Source of the DNA: Lama glama
Taxonomy: Eukaryota
Direction of reading: 5' to 3'
Assembly: GCA_028534125.1 (NCBI GenBank)
Contig: CM052818.1
Location: forward strand, 18,726,001 to 18,790,000
Length of the DNA: 64,000 bases
Below, one piece after another: positions 13,881 through 27,799 of the stretch. The notes below the pieces were generated by a model. The model saw only the letters and a program-made list of their open reading frames with translations, ran no database searches and had not been told where the DNA came from. Each line of letters opens with the position of its first letter. Within the stretch, counting starts at the first letter, position 1. The position numbers and the translations under genes were made by a program.

Positions 13881-14866
13881 CTGAAAGAAAAAAAATACAA
13901 AACCATATTATCAACAGACAGTGGATGGTCATTTGCTTGTTACCTCAACAGCTGGTATCAGGCTTTCAGAGAATCATGCCTGACATCTCAGATGCTCTTG
14001 GTAGTAGAGAGTTGTTTAAAAAATGAAGATACAAAAAATAGTAAGTCTTGATTCTAAAGTTCCTAAGACATCTGCTGAATGAATGGAAGTTTGGAAGAAT
14101 TTATCACAGTCACATTTATTTATTTATAAATACAATAAGTGTTATATCTTATACAATCTTAAGTTTATTTCCCCAAGCTCAAAGAAATCATAGAGCCATT
14201 TCAAAATCACAAATTTGCTCTTTACAACACATAAATATTTGTTCAAGTATTATGGTGAAGTTTTTTAAAGTATTATGTTAGATTTTTTTCTCCTTTGAGC
14301 TCAAAATCTGATCATTTTTGGTTGTGATTCAATTAGGAGCATAGGCACACATGTAAATCATGCACGTAGCTCTAACAATGAAACTAATCTGAAGAAATCT
14401 ACTTGATTGAGTCTGTTAAACTAAAAATGTCATTTATAAGTAAATGGTGGTGCATGCTCTTACCACCCAGAGATAAGCAATATTTTAAGATGTAGCTATC
14501 TGCAAATTAGATATCATAACCTCTATTTTATTTAAAACGTACCATTAAAAGGATGACACCATGATCATTATCAGAAGGCTTTCTCTCTAAAGTAGTCTGA
14601 GACAAAAAGGATCCAGTCCTCAGGACAGGAGCCCCAGGATGCCATCTGCCACAGCCCTTAACACCCGCAGCCTGAGGACTAATGCACACACCCCTCTACC
14701 AAGAACATAAGGTCCCAGAGATAACAGAGTTGGAAAGGATCCTGGAGATTACCTACTCCTAACTCCCTGCAAATGTGAGAAAATTAAGAGAGAGGAGCTA
14801 CTAAACCAAAACTCAGGTCTTCTGATTCTCACTTTAGTGTCTCTTGGAATTCACGTTTCCACATAC

Positions 14867-14925
14867 CATTCTTCTGTCCGAAGTCGACACTCCTTGGCCT
14901 CCTTTTCTAGAGTCTGAGATTTTAC
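14867..14925 (-). CDS. PPP1R21: PPP1R21 exon 6 (VKSQTLEKEAKECRLRTEE + split Cys codon)
   Basis: ttcag acceptor, GTATGT donor, 59 nt, ends in phase 2. Confidence 0.95.
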
Positions 14926-15100
14926 CTGAATTTTAGAAAGAAAAGAAAAGCAGATGGCTCAGGCTACAGATGAGAGCATGCTGAGGAGACACTGCAGGCA
15001 GCAGTCTTGCCCTAAATAGCTAATTCTGTCCTATAAAGCACACAGACGATTTACAGAAGCCTGCACTATTTAACGTGCTCTCTCCGATAGCAGGGCTTAC

Positions 15101-15265
15101 TTCTAGTCTAGCCTTGTCGTTCTGCAGCTTCTCGATGGTTTCCATGTACTTCCTCGTCAGGCCGTCGACCACGGCTTGGTGCTGGGCCGCCTCCATCTCC
15201 AGGGTGGCCAGCCGACTCCTCAACTCTGCTTCCACATGCTTGTGCTGCTCATCGGCTTCAAAAAA
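15101..15265 (-). CDS. PPP1R21: PPP1R21 exon 5 (FFEADEQHKHVEAEL...KLQNDKARLE)
   Basis: tttcag acceptor, GTAAG donor, 165 nt; coiled-coil-like peptide. Confidence 0.97.
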
Positions 15266-16390
15266 CTGAAAAGAAAAGATCATTTTCTCTTCTCACCATG
15301 TCCCAATATATGCAAATGAAGAGAAACCTATTGTAGTGACTAATCACTGAGCAACTTCCATAAGGTTCCATATGCTCACTATGCAAAAGCCACACACACG
15401 TGGCCTCAGAGGATCCTCACCGTATGTCAGAGGTAGTGCCACTGTAATCCCTCCTCTATAGATGAGGAAACCGAAGCTTCAATGGGCTACTTAACTAGTC
15501 AAATGTCTCACAGCTAAACACTGCAGAAATGAGACCTGAACACAGGAGATCTACTCCAAAGTCTCCTCCTTCCCACCTCCTGAATTTCTATTTCAAATAA
15601 ATTCTGGCACACAGAGACTTCAACTGACCAGGGTATAACTCTTGTATATAACACAATTATATAATCAAAATTCAAATAGACGTTACTCCTGAAGCATGTA
15701 AAGCTCCTTTCCTTAACGAGAATACAGTACTAATTAAGAATTATGAATACTTAACACAAAATGCATGAGGCCAAAAGTTCATCTTTTTAAACCTTTTCAA
15801 AGACCAAGAAAGCACATTTACTTTCCACTGTTTGACAATGCTCACCGTATCACATTAAAAAAATCAGGAGAAATAGGTGATGCCTCACACTACACGCTGA
15901 ATGGTTTGGAGCAAACATTGATTACTCAACATTCCATAAATATCGGACGGGCTGCCACGAGTGAGGCCCTGTTCTGAGGCTAGGAAGACAAATCCAATAT
16001 AGTCTGTACCATATAAGACCTTCCAGACTAACAGGGAAACATAAAAACCAACTAAACTGCAATAAATTAAAAAGCAAACACTATTACTGATAAATCCCCA
16101 CCCAACCATTTCCTATATAAAACGAACAGTGCCCAGTATATGTCTGTATTATTAACTTATAAAATTATTCTGCTGTTCTCTGAACAAGTGCATATTCAAA
16201 GCATATATCCACACTAAAATATGAGTAAGATTTTAGAAATGAATACATGACATGACATATATACCTAACAACCACAGGAAACATTAAAATACCCTCCCAT
16301 ACACAAAACACTCCATCTTGCACTGGTTTTTCCACATTCCAGATCACATAGCCTATTTTTAAATTCATATGGAAAAAAAGATTTTCTCAC

Positions 16391-16489
16391 TTGTATATGC
16401 AACCGTTCATTCTCTTCTATCTTCTTTTGCAGGTCTTCATCAAAGACACTCTTCTGCTCTTGACTCAGCTGAGAAGATTCTCCACTTTT
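16391..16489 (-). CDS. PPP1R21: PPP1R21 exon 4 (KSGESSQLSQEQKSVFDEDLQKKIEENERLHIQ)
   Basis: catcag acceptor, GTGAG donor, 99 nt. Confidence 0.96.
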
Positions 16490-17689
16490 CTGATGGAAAG
16501 AATAAATTATGTCCACATAACTTTCATCCTTTAGAGAAATATCCTAAGCTACCCAGATTACCACCTTAGCAGCTTGTCTCTTCTACATGTTCACCATTCT
16601 CAAACAACCCTGCAAAAGGCATACAGTCCATCATTTAACTTTTCCTATGTGACACTAGCTGAAACTGCAAATATGGCAATGAGCAGGAAAACTTTAAAAA
16701 GAGAGAATGAAAAAAAAAAAAAAAAACAGGTAAGGCTCACTATTCTTTGCAGATGAATCCAGGAGTAGCTCTCTTGGAAGACAGAGCAGACCCAGAAAGC
16801 TAGCAATATAAATATGCTAACAAACATCATTTCAATTGATCTTTTGCTTTGGAAAACGACAGTGTTAGCAATTCCATGAGTCTGAGTTGCTAAACTCCTT
16901 TAAGAAATTGTAATAAATTTCTTAACAGCATTCACAAAAATAAGTTTATACAGAAGTTCACATAAGTTTCTAATTTGAAAATACATCACAAGATAAAGTT
17001 ATAAATAAACAGAAGGGAAAAGCACAAAGATTATGAAAAATACCTTCCTTTTGCCTTTTTACCAGTATTAACTTTTTTTCTACATAGAAGAATAGCACTA
17101 TTTAGAAGAGCCAATAAAGAACATTTGTTTCCATAGAATACACACAGAAGTGAGACTATTCAAGGGACAGCCCAACAATGAAACTGTGTTCAGTCATCCA
17201 TCACCACCCTCCTCTGCCTTTCTTGTGCTTCACTCCTCACTTAAAATGAAGTCACTTACCGATCCAATGTGAACCAATGATTAGAAAGCCCTCTGAAAAT
17301 GGAGTAGTTATGTTCAAAAAAAAAATTAAATGCAAACATAAGAGGTATGCATGCATAAGGAATACTGTTGAATGACATATTCTGGGTCCTTAGTACTTCC
17401 AAATTTGGAAAGCTTTCATTAAAATTAACTCAGAAGTATTAAACCCAAAACTCTGCTAAAAGAGCCCTGGGAGAGGATCTCACTAACCTGGGGAGCATGT
17501 TTGAAGTACAGATGGCTATTCCCTCCCCAAGGGTCTTTTAGAAGTTCCAGAGCATGTGTATTTTGACAAAGTTTCCCAAATGATTCTAATACATAGCAGT
17601 TTTGCCCTCTCTTTTGCCAATTTACTTGAAAATTACCATTCTAGAGAATACTTCCAGGTAGGGGAAATGTAAATGGAAATGTACTAACA

Positions 17690-17900
17690 CATAATTATGT
17701 GGCCTGCCCATCATATGCCAAATACAGTCCTAGGCCCTTTAACATGACCCCAGTGAATCCTGACAGCAAACCTGAGAGTATCCTCCCTACAACTGAGGCT
17801 GCAAGGCTAAAACATTTGCCTAAAGTCATAGAACTATAAATGGCAAAGAATTCAAACCTGGGCTCAACGCCAAAGCCTGCACTCTTCCCTTCACACCAGG
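17690..17900 (-). mobile_element. MIR SINE
   Basis: aactgaggct...ttgcctaaagtcatagaactataaatggc...ttcaaacctggg. Confidence 0.7.
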
Positions 17901-18617
17901 CTGCTTCAGAGTTACTGCACGCCTCCTTGCCTTCTCCCTCCAACCATTCTACCATTATTGCCTCGTGTGGGCTGTTCTACACACGCACAAGACTTTTAAG
18001 GACTCAATCACTAGCTCCTGCCCACCCCCCAACTCCCCAAAATAAAGCAACTTCTTAATCACAGAACATTCAAAAGTACCAGATCATCCATTTCAGAGCA
18101 GTAAGCATCTTGCCTCACTATATAAAACCATAAGAGAAAAAAATGTATATTTACATCTCAGGACAAGAATAACAAATTGGCCTCCTAAAAATAAACACTG
18201 AGAAATCTACAGCAAAGTCATAGCCTAATATGAATATTTCATCTGCTATTTTCACTGAGAGTTACACTTTGACGATGTTTCTCATTTTATCTGCCTTATC
18301 CTGGGTTAATGGCAACTTGTTATAACTAAAAGATATTAATAATTTTCACCAATATGAAATACTCTATTCACATTTTTCTAGCCACTAAATCAACTACATA
18401 CATGTTGGCTCCTAATAAATTCTTAAAAACTCACTTTCATTTGCAAATACCTATAACAGTATATATTAATAGTAGTAATGCTTTCTTGACCTAATATCTA
18501 GGTGTAATAATGGAACTTTAGAGTATTTGGAGGTGAGGTCTTCTGTTAAAACCAGGATGGCCTGGCGATGTCTGTACCTATGACAAGGTCACATTAACTT
18601 GCTTTTACTTGACCTAC

Positions 18618-18764
18618 CTTGTTTTTCTTGCCTCGGGGTTCACTTAGAGCCAGTTCATCTTGTAGTAGCTCTACCCTCTTGGCAAGCTGCAGATTCCGGA
18701 ATGTCAAACTGTCCATTTCCTGCTGCAGTTTCCTCAATGACTGATCCTTCATTTTCAGTTGTTC
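18618..18764 (-). CDS. PPP1R21: PPP1R21 exon 3 (EQLKMKDQSLRKLQQEM...SEPRGKKNK)
   Basis: Manually translated, absent from the ORF track; atgtag acceptor, GTAGG donor, 147 nt. Confidence 0.96.
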
Positions 18765-20139
18765 CTACATCAAAGTGAAAACATACCATTTCTTATAATT
18801 TAGCCTTAAGGTTTGAAAATAATGGAAAAAAAAAGATTTTTGTTTCACAAAAATCGAATCAAAACATTTTGCTTTAAGGATTTCAAGTTGTATGTTTATC
18901 ATTCCAGTTCCTGTATCTTTAGCTCTGTTTTATGACAGAATCATCTTCTGGCCAAACTGAGCAAATTTAAAAATAAAATTAAAAGCATATATAGACTGAA
19001 GTAACAGATAGTCATCAACTCAAAGTGAAATATCTACAACTATATGTTGTGATACAATGTTATTATACATGTTTCCCAGCAGTGAGGAGGCACAAAGCCT
19101 GAGGCTACAATTTTATGAGCTTGAAATTTTAAAGAGAACCTCAGACTCACTGATGATGTTCTTCAGTAAGCAAGAATGGAAGAAACAGACTTTATTCACT
19201 TTTTTCCATAAGTCCTCCTTGAATTTAAGTCAGTCAAAATGAAGTCTTTTCAATACATTTTAAGTTATTCTGATTTATCAAAGATAAAAATCAAGATTAC
19301 CCTAACTCAGGAATATTTTCAGATGCTGTTCTATGTCAGTTGACTTTCAAGTGACAATAGGAACAGAATCTAAAATCCAAACAACACATCTACTGACCAT
19401 TCTGTACTGTTTATACCATGATGGGGTAAGAAAACAGGAAACTAGAGAAATACTTAGTTTCACTCTATTTTTTTAAAAAATATTATTCTAACTATATTTT
19501 CTTTATGACATTCTGACAACACTGTGTTCACTGGTAACCAAACACAGATGGCCATATCCTACCATATATTGAAAGATCAGTACGTTTATTACTTTCACTG
19601 AAAAATCACTATAAAGCTAAGAAGAGGTCAAGTTTTAATTAATAGGGGATTTAAGTGCATTGAAACAGCAACCTAAAAACCAGAGGCTGGTGTCTGCAAT
19701 CTACTGACATTACTTGCATGTTGAGACCACTGCTAGAGGGATAGAGTATGTTTCCATTAACAGAAAAAAAAAAAAAAACTTCCCTTTCTGCAGTTTGTTT
19801 AGTAAGCCCTTAATTTTTACTTGAAGTTCACTGGTAAATTCAGGCCCAACCCATATCCAAATTATCATATCTTTCAAATTAAAGAAATTCAAATCAATGA
19901 ATGCTTACCAATAATTCATTGAAGAGGCAAACCCAATACAATCAAACACCTACCATAACAGAAGATGCTCTAATAATTCCATTGAGCAAACCAGCAAATT
20001 ATCATTCTTACTGTAATTTTAATGACTACCGCAATGAATAGTAAAATTAAAAGTAATTCCATTATGTCCTTATAATTAGTTAATCACTAGTTGACTAATG
20101 TTCGAACTCCATTAACCAATCATTAATTTCTCAAGACAT

Positions 20140-20300
20140 CCATCCCAATCTCTCTGTAAACCCCAGTTTCTGCAAAGGGGATGATAATAGTGGCATATGC
20201 TCTCATAGCGTCATTGTGTAAACCAACTAAGATGATGGATGTAATGCGCTCAGTACAATGTCTGACACACAGTGAGAGCTCAGTAAACAACCTGCTGTCA
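20140..20300 (+). mobile_element. MIR SINE
   Basis: cagtttctgcaaagggggatgataatagt...cagtacaatgtctgacacacagtgagagctcagtaaa. Confidence 0.7.
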
Positions 20301-21440
20301 CCATCACCTCTGTCGCCACCAGAGCCACTAACACAGAGTTAATCAAACACAACCAGCAACAGGAGGGTGTCAAACACCAGAGTGGACTACTAAGACAAGC
20401 TGGGAAATACTTTCTCTACTAATAGGTTTTAAACATTACGAGGACTGACAATGACCATTTTTTCGTGATTCAGGCAAAATAATAACGTGGTTAACAAATC
20501 CCGACTATAAAGCTTATTTTCAATAAATCTCAGCCTGGAAGCAGAAAGCTGGGGAAGTATAGGGAAGGTGTTCTGAACCCTGAGTCTGTGGAACAGCACC
20601 TGAGGAGGGAGCACTCTCAAGAAACAGATTTCTCTAATGTAGGGTCCAAAATTGGCTAAGTAAAAGGACATAATCTGGGTCCTGGTTACTATGTCACTGG
20701 CTGGGGGCTACTCCAAAACAGAGATGAGAGTAAAAAGAATCCCTTTACTCTAAAGAAGGGGCAAGGGAGAGAGCGAAAGAATGAGGTAGGCAGTGTATTC
20801 AACTGAAGCTTGACGAAGAAGGAATCTATATTCTAGAATTAATTTATCCAATTAAACATATCACTAAGGAATATTTATTACATGCCTACTAAAATGAGGT
20901 AGAAATTCATCTCCCATCATATTTCTCCCCTCAGTTAACCAAGGTGCTGATGGTAAAATGTATCACTCAAATAGCCCTGATTAACACAGGTTATTACTAT
21001 TAAATAGCTCAACTCAAAAGCAAGATTAATGGACTAAATGGTTCATACTTTCAAATCCATTTATTAGGGGACAACCATCTGCTGAATGCTGGGGATATAA
21101 ATATGAATATGACATAGCCCCCCTCAGAGTGCTATCAGATGAAGACAGATAAGAAGCCCCATTAATCCAGATGAATTTAGCTGTGAGAGAAGCTGGCTAT
21201 AAGAGAAATTCATTAGGTACAATCAAACAATACTTTTTTGTAACTTCTAGCTAAGGAAATCAAAAGTCATATCTAAGCAAGTAGGAAAGTTAAACACACA
21301 AAAAACTTTATTACCCTCCGTATCTTCAGTGAATCAGTGTCAGAGTTGGGACTCTAACCCAGAAAACCAACTGAATTCCCTGCGATGAGCATCACCAAAC
21401 ACTAACCTAATCCTCACAATACAAATACCCTGTTGCATAC

Positions 21441-21509
21441 CTTTAAAGCAGCAGAATTCGCCTGTTCATCCACAACACCTTTCTTCAAAACCTGATTCTG
21501 AGCCCGAAG
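21441..21509 (-). CDS. PPP1R21: PPP1R21 exon 2 (LRAQNQVLKKGVVDEQANSAALK)
   Basis: tttcag acceptor, GTATG donor, 69 nt, phase 0; completes the KLRAQ motif with exon 1. Confidence 0.97.
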
Positions 21510-22079
21510 CTGAAAACAGAGGAAGTTATAATTATTTTTTAATATAAAGAAATAACTTATAGCAAGGAAATCACTTACCATTACTTGATAGGAATCAGTG
21601 CACTGAGTAACTATCTTCTCACATATATATGAGAACAAAAGTACTAGCCCAGAAGAGGACAGTAGAGATCATTCTGCCATTTCACAAATAAAGACACAGA
21701 GGCTGAGCTGCCCAATGACATAAAACTAATCAGTGCAAAACTGAGATTAAAATCCAGGTCTCTCAACTTTAAGTACATGGTTCTTCCTAGGAAATCAAGT
21801 CACTTCCCTAAATAAAAACTAATAACAACAAATAATAGGGGACTGAGTATACCATTTTCCTTGAAAATGAAACACCATTTATCTGTAAAATACACACAAT
21901 TGGCCTAATTATGGAATACGAATCCTACAGAAAAAGTACAGGGCATCAACATACCCCGCAAGACTAATACTGGTCGTGCAAATATCATCAGCCACAACAG
22001 TCTCAGGAATAGTGGACTTAATCAGGCATCATCTGAAGCCGTGTACAAAAGCAACTAAGAAACAAGCTCAATTTAGAAA

Positions 22080-22300
22080 TTAACAATAATAGCAGCTAGC
22101 ATCTGAATGCTCATTATATACCAGGCACTGTCCTAAGTGCTTTATATATATATCTCCTCATTAATCCTCACAACCCTATAAAATAGGTAGGTATTTTAAT
22201 TATCTCCATTTTACAGATGAGCAAACTGAGGTACAGAGAAGTTAAGTGGCAAGGCTGAGGTTCAGACACCAGCAGTTTTGACTCCACAGGCACAATGCCA
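22080..22300 (-). mobile_element. MIR SINE
   Basis: ccaggcactgtcctaagtgcttt...ccattttacagatgagcaaactgagg. Confidence 0.85.
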
Positions 22301-22398
22301 CTGGACAATATTGGCTATGGTTTTATAAAGCTACATATAAATGAGAAGAGTAGTGGGTTGAAGAGGTGGGATAAGCCTTTGAAGAGGTAGGGCTTGGG

Positions 22399-22401
<3 letters not shown>

Positions 22402-22438
<37 letters not shown>
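22402..22438. repeat. (TG)n microsatellite
   Basis: About 18 perfect TG units. Confidence 0.98.
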
Positions 22439-22440
<2 letters not shown>

Positions 22441-23437
22441 CTATACAGTTAATTTTTTTAAGTTGAGAAATAACTTAATTTTAAATAAAGTACACAAATC
22501 AAAAATTATACAACTTAATGAATGTTTACTTATGTACACATCTACACAACCAGCACCAGCAGGGTTTTGAAAGGTAAACCTTCAGTAGTAATTCCCTTTT
22601 GTAGTTACCAGCAAGGATAACACACAGCATGTGAGTATAAATATACCAGTTAGCACAGCCAAAGCAAAAGGATTACAGACTAATATTCTGAGGCTCTGTA
22701 CAGAGAACACGAAAGACTAGGTTCTTCTCTGAGAAACTAAATGAATGGGACAATTTTATCCATGAGCTTAAAAAAAAATTTACTTCTAATTCTGCATAGC
22801 TCACATCTGTCTCCCGAGAACAGAAATGACCCTTTTCTGTGCCAAAAGAGTAGGGTTATTTGAATACGAAACCTTAAACTGAGTAATCGACACTCAAGAG
22901 AAAATTTAGCTAAGATTCTAAGAAGAAAAGCAGGAATACTGCAGGATATTCGGTTTGAGCAAGACAGACTAAAAAGATGAGCTGCTTCTATTTTTAGAAA
23001 GTTGAAGATCACAGTTCTCTACCACAACAGAAAGAAGACCCAAATCTTGCTTTGTTATTTCCTAGAAAATAAAAACTTCACTTAACCTTTCTGAGCCTCA
23101 GTTATATGGTCTATAAAATGGGCTAATACATCCCTATCCTCATTCTTCAGAGGTGGTTGTGAGACCCAGATAAGTAACCTATGTCAAAGCACTTTCTAAA
23201 CCACAAATGGAAAAGGAGGTCTTCTTAATAGAGCAGTATCGAAGGGAAAATAGATACATTTATTATAGTTTGCCTGGTATAAGGCATTGTGCTAAATGGT
23301 ATGGGGGAGAGAAAAAGTAGAAGAAGTGGTTGGTCTCTGTTTTCAAAGAGTTTACAATTAAAAGGGAAAATAAAAGATAATTAGCAACACTAGTATTTCC
23401 TGCTTTAAAAATAATATAGATATTAAATTCTCCAGAA

Positions 23438-23634
23438 CAGGAGTTGATAAACTAAGGCCTATGGGCCAAATTGGTCTGCTACCTATTATAAAGTTTTACT
23501 GGAACACAACCACACTCATAATTTACCAATTGTTTATGGTTGCTTCTGAGCTACAATGGTAGGGATGAGTAGATGCAACAGAAACTGTATGGCCCCAAGC
23601 CTAAAATATTTACAATTAGGCTCTCTACACTCTG
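23438..23634 (+). mobile_element. MER58-like hAT-Charlie MITE
   Basis: CAG...CTG ends; internal ataaagttttactggaacacaaccac and aagcctaaaatatttac; 8-bp TSD ctccagaa/ctctagaa. Confidence 0.85.
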
Positions 23635-24031
23635 CTCTAGAAGTTCAGAAGTGAGAAGTAAATATCACTTTAATGTTGACTTCCATCATATAGTATTTTA
23701 CCTTCTAAGCAGTATCAACATACTCTTGGACAATGTGCTACCTAGCTAACAGAATTCAACAAACATTTTCAAACCCATGTAGCCAAAAGACAGCAATACT
23801 ATTTCAGTCTTTAGGTTTCATTTTATACCCTTGTCTTAACTTTGACCTATGATCTCTCACCTGTCATCTTTGTGTGGTATTTAGAAACTCCTAATGACTG
23901 CTTCAAAGACTATGGGTGAAACTTGAAATCCACTGAACTTATAATTTTCTGTAGGATCAGAACTACATTAATCTAAAAAAAAAAGGGATCTCACCTTTAA
24001 TTTCTAAGGCACACTTAAAAGCTACTTGAAG

Positions 24032-24986
24032 TAGCTCAATATCAAAAAGAACAAACAATCCAATCTAAAAATGGGCAGAAGACCTAAATAGACATTACTC
24101 CAAAGAGATATAGATGGCCAACAGGTACACAAAAAGATGCTCAGTACTGCTAATTATTAGAGAAATGCAAATCAAAACTACAATGAAGTATCACCTCACA
24201 TCAGTCAGAATGGCCATCATTAAAAAGTCTACAAATAATAAATGCTGGACGGGGTGTGGAGGGAATATAAATTGGTGCAGCCACTATGGAGAACAGTATG
24301 GACAGTCCTTAAAAAACTAAAAATAGACATCATATGATCCTGCAATCCCACCCCGGGCATACATCCGGAGAAAACTGTAATTCAAAAAGACACACGCACC
24401 CCAATTTATAGCAATATTATTTACAATTGTCAAGACATGAAAGCAACCTAAATGTCCATCAATACACATATAAAGACATGGTATATATACACACTGAAAT
24501 ATTACTCTGCTATAAAAAAGAATGAAATAATGTCATTTGCAGCAACATAGACAGACCTAGAGATTATCATATTAAATGAAGTAAGTCAGACAGAGAAAGT
24601 CAAATATCATATGATAATATCTATACGTGGACTGTTAAAAAAATGATACAAATGAACTTACTTACAAAACAGAAAGAGATTCACAGACATAGAAAATAAA
24701 CTTACAGTTACCAAAGGAGAAAGTGGGGCGGGGTAAGGGGGGGATAAATTAGGAGTTTGGGATTAACATATATACACATTACTATATATAAAAAAAAAGA
24801 TAAGCAACAAGGACCTACTGTATAGCACAGGGAACTATAATCAGTATTTTATAATAACCTATAATGGAAAAGAATATGACAAAAATAGATACATATATAT
24901 ATATGTATAACTAAATCACTTTGCTGAACATCTGAAACTAACACAATATTGTAAATTACCTATATTTCAATTTTAAAATGGTTTAA
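24032..24986 (+). mobile_element. 5'-truncated L1 (ORF2 end + 3' UTR)
   Basis: [24 protein letters not shown] peptide; TSD aaaagctacttgaag (24017-24031) / aaaagcaacttaaag (24987-25001). Confidence 0.93.
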
Positions 24987-25202
24987 AAAAGCAACTTAAA
25001 GCAAACTCAACAGCCTACTTTATTATAAAAGCAAAACAATTTTCAAATTACTGCTGTTTGGAATTTAATCTGATTGTAATGAAAAATGATTTGAATTTTC
25101 TTTTGGAAAATACTGTTTGCTAAATGGATAATTCAAATATGGTTTCAGTGGAATCACTCAATAGAAAATGTAGCTTTTAGAAATATTTATCTGAAATCCC
25201 TT

Positions 25203-25389
25203 TTTAAGATACACGTACCCCAATGTTCATAGCAACGCTATTTACAATAGCCAAGACATGGGAGCAACTTAAATGTCCATTGACAAGACGATTGGATAAA
25301 GGAGTTGTTGTATATGCGCGTTTCAAGGAAAATGATATACTCAGTCCCCTATTATTTGTTATTAGTTTTTATTTAGGGAGGTGACTTGG

Positions 25390-25431
<42 letters not shown>

Positions 25432-25905
25432 GACAGTGGAATACTACCCAGCCATAAAAAATAAAATGCCATTTGCAGCAACATGGATGGACCTGGAGAT
25501 TGTCATACTAAGTGAAGCCAGTAAGAGAAAGAAAAATATCATACGATATCACTTATATGTGGAATCTAAAAAAAGGACTCAAATGAACTTATTTACAAAA
25601 CAGAAACAGACTCACTGACATAGAAAACAAATTTATGGTTACCAGTGGGGAAAAGGGGAGGAGGTGGAAGGGTAAATTGGGAGTTTGGGATTTGCAGATA
25701 CTAACTACTATATATAAAACAGATAAACAACAAGGTCCTACTATATAGCATGAACCATATTCAGTATCTTGTAATAGCCTATAATGAGAAAGAATATGAA
25801 AAGGAATATATATAATTGAATCACTATATTGCCAGAAATTAACAAACATTATAAACCAACTATACTTCAATAAACAAATAAAAATAGAAATTTAAAAATA
25901 AAATA
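25203..25905 (+). mobile_element. 5'-truncated L1 3' end with an internal (CA)n and a 72-bp foreign insert
   Basis: MPFAATWMDLEIVILSE peptide; A-rich tail; TSD aaatccctt at 25194-25202 and 25906-25914. Confidence 0.92.
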
Positions 25906-27799
25906 AAATCCCTTATCTGGTAGGTAGAAAAGGATAAGCTCGCTGACTTCATTGCCATGTTCATTATACTTGTCATTTGGTGTCTTCCTGCATTTCAGCA
26001 TCACTACTGCCACATCTCTGCATCCTGACCAGCAGCTTGTCAGATGCAGATAGTGCTGTGATCAGTCTGGTCTCTGAGATTCTTTCTCCTCACCAGCATT
26101 CACCACAGTGGGGAGGCAAATGTAGTGTTTCTGTTTTAGAAATAGTTACAAGATCACCAGATGGTCACTAATGCCTCTAGGAGACAAGTGGGGAGACTCC
26201 AGTGGACGTGGATATAAGTGACAAACTGCCCTGAAGTCTCCATTAAGACAGAAAGACCTCCAGAAGGTGATACAGCCTACTTCTAGCAGCTGTGCTGCAC
26301 ACTTCTGTTCCATTCAACAGAGAAATGGTACCTCTGAATCCCAACTGAGAAACCCTCTCAGTCTTTCCAAACCTCAGTTTTTATTGTTTTGTAATCTTTT
26401 GATTAGCTTTACCTTTACTCTGAAAGCACAGCCTTTCCTCATTTTGACCAGCCAAATCCTGGTTGTTCTTCTAGAGCATACTTCCTGCTCTGGTCCTATT
26501 CCCTCCACAGATTTTTCCTAACCACTCTCTGAAGTCCCCCATGGACCACAGTGAGCTTGCCTTCAGTTCCCTGGGCACTTGCTGATAACAAGACATCTCT
26601 TATTAAACTGTTCAGTTTTAATCTTACTTTTTAAAGTAGTAAATTCTACAGTTAGTAATTTATGTATGATTTGTGCACTCATGTTCCATCTCCAATTAAA
26701 CTGTCCTTCACAGTACAGACTACAGTATACTTCCTCGTATCTCCTGCCTACAATGAAAGACCAATGCTATGGATAGAGAAGGAACTCAATACATTTTTAG
26801 TTAATTAATCAAAGTAAGTGCTGTAAATAGAAGTGTTTAAATGTAATAGACAACTATAAGGGACCGTCATTACTTTAATAGTAACTCTCAAACACCCTTC
26901 CCCAGATGATTTGAACCTCATGGTCCTACTGGATACCAAACATCTTCAAAAGCCCTGAGCCTAACTCTCTAATAACCAGTGTCCAGACTGCTCTATGTAA
27001 CTTTGGTTCTACAACAGCCTGGGCTCAGACTTATCACAAACCTGTTTCTCCAGGGACAGAGAGAGTGGTAGTGAGCCAACTATGATCTCTCTCATACCAC
27101 TCTGCCAATCTGTGGTAGGATAATTGGCCCAAGATTATAGAGATTTACTACCTTCGATCACAAACTATTGGAAGCGTTTGTGGGGAAAGAAGAGATAAAT
27201 TACCTATATGCATTTTCTTGTCTAATCCTCAACAACCTTCTGTGTTACAATCACTGTTTTCATACAATGGACATCTTGACACTGTGTCTAAACAAATCTT
27301 TAGACACACAGCATTTCTCCAATACAAAGAAACATGTGCAAGAGATAACCCATAGCCCATCCCCAAGCCTCACTGATACCCTGACCCAAAGCTTCAGAAT
27401 ACTTAAGTCATCTGCAGACCCCGACTTCAGTAACTCTGGCCTGGATGATCTCCAAAAAACTCCCAGTTCTAACATTTTAGGTATTTTAAAGAACTGGGAA
27501 TACCATTTAGTCTTTCCCTGCCTACTGACTTGCTCCTTTCCCTGCTAAATGATAAAGTAACTGCACGCTACATACTATGTACTATTAGGTAGGGGTTATT
27601 TTGTCACTGTGAGTTGGGAAGGAAATCTTTCAGACCCGCCCTAAAATGAAACCCTTTCTCCCTCCACATAGGGAAATTCATTAGGACAAAACTTCCACCC
27701 TCAACCCTGCAGACTAACTGCGTCATCAGTGGCTGGTTGGCAAGTCAGTTGAATGACGGAAGAAGAGTAGAACACCCCTTGTCTTTCTAAGGCCTTGCT

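Noticed and set aside
26153..26170. Weaker CTCF-like motifs (CACCAGATGGTCAC here; CCACCAAGCGGCAG at 33998-34011)
   Set aside because: Mismatches at informative positions; expected by chance in 64 kb
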